From Tetramitus jugosus (taxonomy: Eukaryota > Protista > Heterolobosea): 64,000 nt of DNA. The notes beneath the pieces were generated by a model. That model saw only the letters and a program-made list of their open reading frames with translations. It was not told the DNA's origin and did no database searches. Position 1 is the first letter of the stretch. Each line of letters opens with the position of its first letter. Shown in pieces: positions 11,520-20,536 of the stretch. Made by a program: the position numbers and the translations under genes. The stretch is from contig OW569359.1 in assembly GCA_937625935.1 (NCBI GenBank), positions 434,001-498,000 on the forward strand. The letters are read 5' to 3'.

Positions 11520-12839
11520 ATGACTTCTTCCACTCAGGTATCGGCCAAGAGACAACGACCAGAAAAACTGTTCCACGAAAAGGTTTTTGTAATTTCCAAT
11601 ACTTATAAAGGAGTTGAAAGAAAACGGATCCAACAATTGATTGAGAGTAATGGCGGTAAAGTGAAAACAAAGTTTCCCAGTGACTACATGGTACAGTCAT
11701 TTTTGGATGACGATGATGATCGATTAGGGGAAGCCCATGACTGTGGTGCTCTCGTTGTTTCTCTCCATTACTTGGAACATTGCTTGGAGAAAGAACGATT
11801 GGTGGATTTTACAGAGTATGCCCTGGGAGAATTTGAAAGTAAAGAAGATGAAAAGAACAAGTTGATTTTGGAGCAAATGAAGAATGGATTCTCTGAGGTG
11901 AGAGACGAAGCGAGAGAATATGAGGAGCAACCACAGACCTTTCATGATTTTTTGCATATGGAACGGTATGAACCAGATGAAACAAGGCGTGTCATGTATT
12001 TGGTTCGCATTCAATCGCACATGTTGAGTAGGACTGCAAAGCAGAAGAGATTGTATGACTACTCTTCTTCTCCTTCGATGGAATCGATTGTTCAATTCTG
12101 TACATCCTACTTCTCAAGCAGCAAGTTGGATGTCAAGTTGCTGGATATTGAGTTGTCTATTGATAAGGTGAAATCAAGTAGTAGTAAAACTGTAGACATA
12201 CGACTTGGCAACAAGTACCTCTACCCTATTCATATTCGACGACTAAAGTCGATGGATAATATCATCCGATTGAATGGTCTTGAAATTTTGGACGTGTTAG
12301 AAGAAAACTTACCAAAAGATGGCTATTGTATTCTCGCTATTACAGATGAAGATATTTATGAAGTGGAAGATGATGATACAGTGATAATGGGACGAGCAAC
12401 AGGCGACAGAGTAGGAATCGTTAGTCTCTTCCGATTCAATCCTTCACTCAATGATGAGAAGATGGTGGAGTCAAAGTCCAAGTCGCTATGGCTGAGTAGA
12501 GTCATGAAGACTGTGGCTCACGAATCAATGCACATGATGGGCTTGGATCACTGCTGCTTCTACAATTGCGTCATGAATGCCTGTGTCGAAAATGAAGAAG
12601 ACCACAAAGAGTCGATATTCCTTTGTCCCATAGAGTATGTACAGTCTCATGTGAACATCTTTGTTCTAACGAAGTCAACTACTAACCTCTGTCACAGCTT
12701 ACGAAAACTACAAGCAAGTCTTGGTTTTGATATTGAGAAGAGATACAGGGACATGCTCCTATATTTCGAAAAACATAACATGGTCTCGGAATCAAATTGG
12801 TTGAAAACACATTGCCCAGCGCTTGAACCTGCCCAATAA
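11520..12839 (+). CDS. BRCT domain plus archaemetzincin (M54) zinc metalloprotease; in-frame intron 12635..12697
   Basis: N-terminal LFHEKVFVI..IQQLIESNGGKV..VVSLHYLEHCL (BRCT-like). C-terminal HESMHMMGLDHCCFYNCVMN. Removing a 63-nt GTATGT..ACTAAC..CAG intron yields LCPIDLRKL. Confidence 0.85.
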   Translation: MTSSTQVSAKRQRPEKLFHEKVFVISNTYKGVERKRIQQLIESNGGKVKTKFPSDYMVQSFLDDDDDRLGEAHDCGALVVSLHYLEHCLEKERLVDFTEYALGEFESKEDEKNKLILEQMKNGFSEVRDEAREYEEQPQTFHDFLHMERYEPDETRRVMYLVRIQSHMLSRTAKQKRLYDYSSSPSMESIVQFCTSYFSSSKLDVKLLDIELSIDKVKSSSSKTVDIRLGNKYLYPIHIRRLKSMDNIIRLNGLEILDVLEENLPKDGYCILAITDEDIYEVEDDDTVIMGRATGDRVGIVSLFRFNPSLNDEKMVESKSKSLWLSRVMKTVAHESMHMMGLDHCCFYNCVMNACVENEEDHKESIFLCPIEYVQSHVNIFVLTKSTTNLCHSLRKLQASLGFDIEKRYRDMLLYFEKHNMVSESNWLKTHCPALEPAQ

Positions 12840-12913
12840 ATACCAATCTTTCGATTCACAAGCGGTGAAATTTTTCACTGGCATTTACAGTTCGAGTCCA
12901 AGCTGGAAATCAC

Positions 12914-14634
12914 ATGAGAAGAGAAATCATGAGCAATCATTCATCGAATGATGTTGTTGTTCGTCATCGTCACCATCATGTCCACAGTTACTCTGTTGAC
13001 AAGACCAAGGATAACCTCAACTCCAAGTCTCGTGAAGAAATGATACCTCGAACTCCACCTCCACAGCACAAACTGAGTGCGAATGATAAACCTCCAAAGA
13101 AGAATATCATGACTGAAAGTGAACAATCAAGAATTGAGGAAGTGGAACCAAAATTTCAGAGCATTCCTTTGGTGGATCAGTTTGAAGTTGGAAGCGATGA
13201 TGGGGAGTCTGATAGCGAAGAAAATCAATCTCCTATTCGATCTGCTCGCACAGCAAAGAGTGATGAAGTTGGATCGTTTCATTTGAGCAATAAGAGCTCT
13301 AAATTAATAGAAAATATGAGAAAGAGAGTAGAACAGCGGAAGAAGAAGAGCAATATGGAGAAGAGTAATAATGACACAGCCACGAAAGTGAATGATCAAC
13401 CTGAGCTATTGGAAACCTCCGAAGTATCCATCATGAGAAAATCCAAGGAGAGAAAAGTGGAAGAATCATCTGATATTAATGACAATAGACTCTCTAAAAT
13501 GATTCATCGGTTCAGACATGCACCTCCGATGAGCAATTTGCGGAGGGAGCGAGCACCAGAGGCATTTTTGGTACAAAATGATGAACCAGCAGAAAAGATA
13601 CCGAATACAAAGGGATGGTGGGAATATGAGATAAATCAACCACAAACAGCTCAATCCACAAATTTCTCCAATCGTTTAGCATCTGTTTTGGATATGGATG
13701 TATCTCTACGGAGCTTGGTGTCTCTCTCCTCTTCTGACGAAGACTCTAAACGCAAGTTTGAGGAGCGATATCATCCTTCCCATTTTAGGAATCATTCACA
13801 ATCTATGGTTCCTCCTGTACAAGCATCGCTTCAATCATCTATCAGTTCTATCCGCTCAAGTACCAATCAAAGTGAGGATTTAGAGATGGCTTTGGAAAGG
13901 ATTAAGAACAATTTTAAGAATCAGCAACAGAAAGAGTAAGTCTTCGAATTCTTCAATTTCATCATACAGTTCTCTGAATTAACCACTTCTGTGAACCATA
14001 AAGAATCATTAGAACAAGATTCAATAACTCGGAATCTGATGAGTATATGAATAGCCTATTGTATCGAGCCCAACAATTGCTATCAAGTGGTGACTCTTTT
14101 TCTCTTTCCTCCTCCAACAACAGTTACAGTTCAATACACTCGGTGCATTCTCCAAAGAAAGATTTTCCAAATACCTATACTCTTCCTGTCGCTCAAGAAG
14201 AAGAAAATCTAGTCGAAACAAGTGTATCAACAAGCACTACTTTGAACCAGTCACCCCATCTAGTTGAAGAAGGAACTCAGATGGAATTTGATCTAGTTTC
14301 AGATCCTTCTGTTTCTCAATTAGATACTCCTATTGATTGCAATCCAAACGATTCATTCGAAAGAGTGGATATCTCTGTACAGGTTGACCTCATGAATGCA
14401 ACAGATTTCGTCACAGAAACGCCAAAGAAAGAAGACAAAATAGAAGAAGATGTGCCACACCAAATCGAAGAAAATGAAGAATTCGGCCTAACTGAAGAAC
14501 AAGTTCAACTCTACAGAGAAAGAATCAATGATGACAAGGTGTGTCAACTCCTCCTTCAAAAAATACAATCTCTCGAAAGTAGACTGGCGGAGCTTGAAGT
14601 TAACCCGCCAAAAACTCCGTTGACGGCAAAATAA
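12914..14634 (+). CDS. PROSER3-like low-complexity protein; intron ~13936..14003
   Basis: IHRFRHAPPMS..RER, a WW motif and LLYRAQQLL recall PROSER3 conserved blocks. A GTAAGT..AAG intron joins the two ORFs in frame. Confidence 0.6.
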
Positions 14635-14649
14635 CAACAAACAAAAAAA

Positions 14650-15021
14650 ATGAGACCACTCCATGCTGCAATGATCTTTGTAGTTGCCGGTGCATCAACC
14701 TCCGGCTTCTTATTGAGTCATAACACTATCCTCAAATTCATGCGTGATAAGGTGAGTTTTTTGATCATATCGAAAAAGCTTTTTTATTTTGTTTTTTGTT
14801 CGTTTATTCAAGCATGAGAATGTGTTTCTGACATTGTTTTCTCTTGATTGTTGTCGTTTGTTTGATTTGTGCGATTGGAATTCAAGCTTGAGTTTGCTGC
14901 ACAACAAGAAAAGCAATATGAAGAAGCTCTCAACCAATGGCAACAAGATGTCGAAGCTGTCAAGGCAAAGAGAAGACAAGTTTTACAGGAAAGATTGGCG
15001 GCAACTGAACATGCCGAGTAA
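14650..15021 (+). CDS. 78-aa small protein (N-terminal hydrophobic helix plus coiled coil), absent from the ORF track; join(14650..14751,14887..15021)
   Basis: A-rich leader before ATG. A GTGAGT..AAG T-rich 135-nt intron joins MRPLHAAMIFVVAGASTSGFLLSHNTILKFMRDK to LEFAAQQEKQYEEALNQWQQDVEAVKAKRRQVLQERLAATEHAE*. Confidence 0.7.
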
Positions 15022-15218
15022 GCTTGTGGTATTTTTGGAAGGATCCATAATAAAATGAATGAAACTTTAATTGTATTTGTTTCACATGCGCGCGTTGAGG
15101 AATCTGTACACAGTTCATCCGTTGTTTGTTTAGCCAAAATATTTTAGATGATTGACACACAACTTTCAACAATCATCATCACATAGAATTAAACTAAATC
15201 AAATAACAAAAAGAGAGA

Positions 15219-15578
15219 ATGGAAAAGTGTTTAGCAAAGGTTGGTTTTGTTGATCATCGCGTCACATGCATCATTGGTTGCAATCCAAATGAGCGAATCA
15301 CTGAACAAGACGTTCTCATCAGTGTGACCGTCACGTGTGACATTTCGAATGCCGTATCGGAAGATCGCGTCGATCACACGGTTGACTACAGCAAAATGGT
15401 GCATCAAGTCACACAGATTGCAAAACAAGGAAAGTTCTTGCTCATTGAAACGATGGCTGCTCATTGTTTGAACGAACTTGTCAAGAGCTATCCAACAATT
15501 GAGCACATTCAAGTCACCGTTCGTAAATGCCTCTCCTACCAACCGTTTGTCACCCTAGAGAAGACAATCAACAAGTAA
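15219..15578 (+). CDS. folB: Dihydroneopterin aldolase (stand-alone FolB)
   Basis: IIGCNPNER, QDVLISV, D..DHTVDY, FLLIETMA and VRK motifs; 119 aa. Confidence 0.88.
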   Translation: MEKCLAKVGFVDHRVTCIIGCNPNERITEQDVLISVTVTCDISNAVSEDRVDHTVDYSKMVHQVTQIAKQGKFLLIETMAAHCLNELVKSYPTIEHIQVTVRKCLSYQPFVTLEKTINK

Positions 15579-15943
15579 GAAAAAAGACGATGAAAACAAC
15601 GTCAACAATAATAACAACAAAAAAGTAAACACTTTTTTTCTCATTGGTTAAATAACTACTTTTTTTTATACAAATGATGTAGGAATCATTCACTTTGTGT
15701 GCACACCTGATCACACCACAAATCACCACAAGTCCTCTGAGAACACCTTGGGGGAACCTCAAGTTTATCATCAGTCAACAAAAGCTATAGTTATAGCTAT
15801 AGCTCTCACTCTCTATAAAGTTCTTTGTGTGATGTGGATATTCACATCATGAGACACAAAGTATGTTTTCCTCTCAACACCAAAAAAAAAACGTACTTTT
15901 TTGGGTTGAGAGAAAAGGACATGATTTTTGTTCATTGTTGCTT

Positions 15944-16060
15944 TTATGCAGAGTTGGCGAGTCTACGTCTTCTGACAAAGCCCAAAACTCCAAAGAGAGC
16001 CAAAAATGCCAAAACAATCATCAAAATGATTGCGATAATATCACCAGCTGCTAATGCCAT
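15944..16060 (-). CDS. 38-aa single-pass membrane microprotein, SMIM30-like
   Basis: MALAAGDIIAIILMIVLAFLALFGVLGFVRRRRLANSA follows an AC-rich 5' leader typical of other genes here. Confidence 0.7.
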   Translation of the reverse strand: MALAAGDIIAIILMIVLAFLALFGVLGFVRRRRLANSA

Positions 16061-16317
16061 TGTTGTGTTTGTTGATGTGTTGATGAAGTTGTTTTTTTTT
16101 GTTGTTGTTGATAGTTTTTGTTGATAAAACTCCCACTTGGATTTCAATGTGTGGAAAGCACCAGGTTGGAAGCCCAACTCACCCTTCGAATTTCTGGTCT
16201 TCCCCAATCGACTATGTTTACAATTTCGTATTCTAACTTTCTCCGCTGTTCAATTTCTCCATCATCCGCCAAAACTTGATCATCCCGCCAAAAAACCTCA
16301 CAACACCCAACCCAAAA

Positions 16318-17688
16318 ATGACCACGTTCAATGAGCTACTGTGTGCAAGCAGGAGCAACAGTGAAGCCATTACAAACTTTATTTCCATTCTACCGTTTCC
16401 AAAGATTATTGACAGATCAACCAACTCTTATCATGTTCATTTCCTGACTGTTGGACCATCAAAGCTACAAGTGCGTCAACTCAGAGTCAAGCTCAGCACT
16501 CGCAACGAACTCATGGCACTAGAAACAAACACGATTGTTCAACCAGAGACGATTCATCTGTTGGATGACATTCTTGCTCAATATGATTGTTTCTCTTCAT
16601 CATCAAAATCATCATACCATGGTAGTGCAATGTATGATGATGATGATGATAGTGAAGAATATGGTGGTGGTCATGGTGATGATGACGAAGTGATTACGAG
16701 CTTCAAGCTCATCAAGAGTCCAGTTCACAGCAACAGTTACTCTGTTGATTCTGATCATTTGCAGTACTCTGTGGCTCCCTTTGCTAATAATCCTGATTTT
16801 GGTCAGTTTGTGGTTGTGTTGGGAACGAACAAGGGATCATTGCTCATGTACCGTATTGAGCGAGAGAACAATGATCATACCATTTCGATCAAACCATTGA
16901 TACGTAAGCACAAACCATTGTTTACAGTTCCAATCACTTGTTTGGATGCGATTCGTGTGTCATCGAATCGTATACGTGTTGTGGCTTGCAGTGAAGAAGG
17001 ATCGATTCGAGTGATCAACTATTCCCTAGATTTGAATGAGCAGCTTGACAAGAATCAGATGGTTACTTGTGAGATTAGTGCGAGAGAGACAAGGTTTTTA
17101 TCGATTCAATCTGTTCATTTCCTTTCGGCGTCCAATTCATTTGTGACGCTGACGATTGCAGGTGACATTCAAGTGTGGAGAGAAGGGATGGGTGGCCAGT
17201 TTGTGTTGCAACACTTGTTGCGAGAGGAGACTGCCGAGGAGAATGATGATGAGTCGTTTGGCATTGGATCGTATGTGTCAATGGATGTGAGAGATGATTT
17301 GATTGCTGTTGGTGATTCACTAGGTACTCTAACAATTTGGGACTTGTCCAATGTGAGCAGTCATGGTCAGAACTCAAAGAGCAGAGCACCGGAACCCATT
17401 ATGAGATTAAAGCCAGGTGCGGATCGGACACAGAACTATAAACAAGACAATGAATGGATTGGTAGCATTGAGAAGGTAGCATTTCATGCAAATCCTAACA
17501 TTCTGTTTACAGGATCGACTACTGGCCAGCTCGTATCGTGGAGTCTCGAGAACCGGATCTCACCTGCTTCTCGGTGGATTCAAGTGTCGTCTCCAGTCAT
17601 TGATTTCGACTATGATCCATCAGGAATTGACTTTATCTTTTTGACAGATGATCAACGAGTCCACTTTACTCGATTTGGCGGTCAATAA
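16318..17688 (+). CDS. WD40-repeat beta-propeller protein
   Basis: Repeated blades VLGTNKGSLLMY, ACSEEGSIRVI, GDIQVWR, VGDSLGTLTIWD and TGSTTGQLVSWS. Confidence 0.8.
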   Translation: MTTFNELLCASRSNSEAITNFISILPFPKIIDRSTNSYHVHFLTVGPSKLQVRQLRVKLSTRNELMALETNTIVQPETIHLLDDILAQYDCFSSSSKSSYHGSAMYDDDDDSEEYGGGHGDDDEVITSFKLIKSPVHSNSYSVDSDHLQYSVAPFANNPDFGQFVVVLGTNKGSLLMYRIERENNDHTISIKPLIRKHKPLFTVPITCLDAIRVSSNRIRVVACSEEGSIRVINYSLDLNEQLDKNQMVTCEISARETRFLSIQSVHFLSASNSFVTLTIAGDIQVWREGMGGQFVLQHLLREETAEENDDESFGIGSYVSMDVRDDLIAVGDSLGTLTIWDLSNVSSHGQNSKSRAPEPIMRLKPGADRTQNYKQDNEWIGSIEKVAFHANPNILFTGSTTGQLVSWSLENRISPASRWIQVSSPVIDFDYDPSGIDFIFLTDDQRVHFTRFGGQ

Positions 17689-17856
17689 ACTGTTGTTCGA
17701 TCGGATATTTCTGCGCGTACTCCGCTTGTAGATTGGTGGAGAAATACTCCCGACACCTGTCGCCCACAGTTTGGCGCTGAATACAACTACAACGAGATTT
17801 TTCAACTCCACAGACTGTGCAACAACAAAAATCAAACCACCATCATCATCATCAGA

Positions 17857-18906
17857 ATGTCCAACTCTCTCATACAACAAATTGAACAACTCTGCCAAAT
17901 CAACCAAGAAGAACATCAAAAGTACCTACAAGAGAAGCAAGCGCACCAAACTAGTCTAGCCCAACTCTCATCCCAATACAAAAAGCTCGAAGAACAAAAG
18001 AAGCAAAATTATCGTCTCTCTGAACAAATTAGCAAAGTTCAAGTCCAACAAAAACATTTGAACTTGTCGATAGCTCACATTGAAACAGAGTTAGAAAGTA
18101 TCAGAAACGTATGTATTCCATGTTGATTGATTTTCTTTTTTGATACTTCTCTCTCTATAGATATGCTAAGCTAACAACATTGGAATTGACAACAGTCAAT
18201 GATTGAGATGAAGAGCTCTGCTGCACAAAAGGAAAACCAGTTCAAGAACCATAGAGACCAAGCCATTCAGACGTTGAAGCTACTGTTGAGTGACCAAAGA
18301 GAGTTGTTGCATCGATATGACCCTAGACATGTCAATCAAGCCATTGAGAACATTCAAATCAAGATTAGGCACCTCGAAAGACTGAAGCTACAACAACAAG
18401 GCCAGGCATCTATAGTGAACAAGGGTGAAACCAAGGTAGTTGCCATGACGGGGGACGAGTGGACTGAATGGGAGAGAAAAAGAACAATGTTCACTCAACA
18501 GAATGAATCTCTATGCAAGCAAGTTGACAAGTTGAAGCAAGAGCTACAGTGTCGTAAGAGCAAGGACAAACAACAAGAGATGACAATAATGATCCAGAAT
18601 AAAGAGACAGAGTTGGTCTCACTGAAGGAACAAGCTGAAGAATGGAAATTGAAGATTCAAGAGTATCAACAGAGCTCAATAGAATACGAGGAACAAATCA
18701 ATCAGATTACGAGTGAATACATTGAGAAGTGTGATCAACAAGCTTGTGTCACTTGCTCTGGTGTGTTGTTTACTAGAGAGTTGTGGGATAGTATCTCAGA
18801 AGAGGATTCCAATTTGATGATCCAATTTCATAGAGACCAAGAACTGGCACAACAGCAACAAGAACAAGACTTGAATATGGAGGGAGAAGCTATGCAAACT
18901 GACTGA
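17857..18906 (+). CDS. Coiled-coil protein; intron 18109..18195
   Basis: Q/E/K-rich heptads. A GTATGT..CTAAC..CAG phase-0 intron joins IRN to SMIEMK; CxxC near the C-terminus. Confidence 0.7.
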
Positions 18907-18990
18907 TTCAAGTTTTCAGCTCTTTGAAAAATGTTCCACATGCGCACTCACCGTGACTGTAGAAACGTCTATGCCTGTCTTTGCACACTC

Positions 18991-19431
18991 TCACGTAGAT
19001 ACACCATTCTTCTGTAAATAGAGTACAATGTCATCGATATCAATATCCGACCATACCCTGCCTCGAATATGGATCTCTTGGTCATACATTTGATCTGTCA
19101 TCCGGTTCAATAGGGCATGTTTTTGTAAGTCTTTTTGTGCTTGCTTGTTGAGATCCACAAACGGATAGAGTTGAACCCCATGCTGAGCAGTATATTGACC
19201 AATGCTCAGCTCTTCTAATCGCTGTTTCGTGGTAGAAATTGATTCGTCATCCTTCACATACTTGGTGATGGATGCCGAAGATTGAATCATTCTTTGCCTT
19301 ATTTGTAATCTCAGAGTTTCAATGGATTGTTCTTGTTTCGAACGGATAGATTGTTCCCGGTAGAGTTGAGTCCAATGTTTCGCCAATTGGAGGCGCAAAT
19401 CATGGCAGCCATCCACGTTGTCGTTTTGCAT
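18991..19431 (-). CDS. Hypothetical protein, 146 aa
   Basis: ATG ORF with helical composition, fills the gap between neighbouring genes. Confidence 0.55.
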   Translation of the reverse strand: MQNDNVDGCHDLRLQLAKHWTQLYREQSIRSKQEQSIETLRLQIRQRMIQSSASITKYVKDDESISTTKQRLEELSIGQYTAQHGVQLYPFVDLNKQAQKDLQKHALLNRMTDQMYDQEIHIRGRVWSDIDIDDIVLYLQKNGVST

Positions 19432-19617
19432 TCGTTTGATCGGTATCTGATTTTTCCTGTTTTGGAGTTTACGCTCGTTTCAAGATGTATTTGTACAGTT
19501 CCAACATCCAAAGTGAACACTTCTTTCTTGAGATAAATGAGAGAACACGATTCAGCAATTGCTCCCAGAGAAAAGAAACCCCTCTAGAGTATAAATCGAT
19601 CGAAACAAAAACAAGAT

Positions 19618-20490
19618 ATGGACACAACGACACCTCTACCTCAAACGGTTTCTGACCTGGAGAAAGTGCCTTCCAGGAGGACTCTGTTTGACATTCGTTA
19701 CCTCGCTGCCTTCTTCATGTTTGTCAGTTCGGTCATACTTGTGGTTACTTTTGTTCTGCCCAGGCAAGATGATTCCAGTAGGTCTTCCATGCCGTCATCT
19801 GAATCATTCTATAGGAGTGGTAGTGATGAGATTACTCAAGTTCCAAAGAACAAGAGAGAACAGAGAAATGTCTTCTTCGATTTCGGTGCTAACAATGGTG
19901 ACTCTTTGGAGTCATTTGTAGGAAGCAAAGGCGCAGCGGGTGGTAAAGGACTTACCGGATTGGGGAAAGAAGGAAAGTGGGATCTCTGGGGCTTTGAAGC
20001 AAATCCCTTCTTCAATGAAAAGTTGACTCAGTTGAAAGATCGGTTGTCAGCAGTTACACTGCCCTCGGGAGAGAAACAGTACAATGTGTTTATGAAGAAT
20101 CAAACGGCTATCACGACAGAGGACTGTCAAGTTACCTTTTATTTGGATACGATGAATGGTGGTTGGAAAAACTATTGGGGTTCTTCTCTGTTCCCTCACC
20201 ATAGGGATGTTGTGTCCAGTGGTCAGAAAACAAAAGTTACTGTCGATGCTTATGGAGTGAGTCGTCTCATTATGGACAATTATTCCATGGAGGATTACAT
20301 TGTTGTAAAGTTGGATGCCGAAGGTATCGAATATGATATTTTGATAGACATGATGAAGACTGGTGCTCTAAACTATGTTGATTTATTGTTGTGTGAGTAT
20401 CATGATTGGATGGAGCCAAATCCAGGTTTGGGTGCTAATTTGAAGTTTATTCTGACCAAGATGGGTGTCAAGCAAGGTACTTGGAACTAG
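19618..20490 (+). CDS. FkbM-type SAM-dependent methyltransferase, type II membrane anchored
   Basis: N-terminal TM helix; FFDFGANNG, FEANP, VKLDAEGIEY and EYH motifs. Confidence 0.82.
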   Translation: MDTTTPLPQTVSDLEKVPSRRTLFDIRYLAAFFMFVSSVILVVTFVLPRQDDSSRSSMPSSESFYRSGSDEITQVPKNKREQRNVFFDFGANNGDSLESFVGSKGAAGGKGLTGLGKEGKWDLWGFEANPFFNEKLTQLKDRLSAVTLPSGEKQYNVFMKNQTAITTEDCQVTFYLDTMNGGWKNYWGSSLFPHHRDVVSSGQKTKVTVDAYGVSRLIMDNYSMEDYIVVKLDAEGIEYDILIDMMKTGALNYVDLLLCEYHDWMEPNPGLGANLKFILTKMGVKQGTWN

Positions 20491-20536
20491 AAGTGTAAAT
20501 AAATGAAGATTCGAATCATTTTCCAGGTGTATTGTC

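Noticed and set aside
15783-15804. agctatagttatagctatagct palindromic stretch
   Set aside because: Short low-complexity hairpin between convergent 3' ends; no further support.
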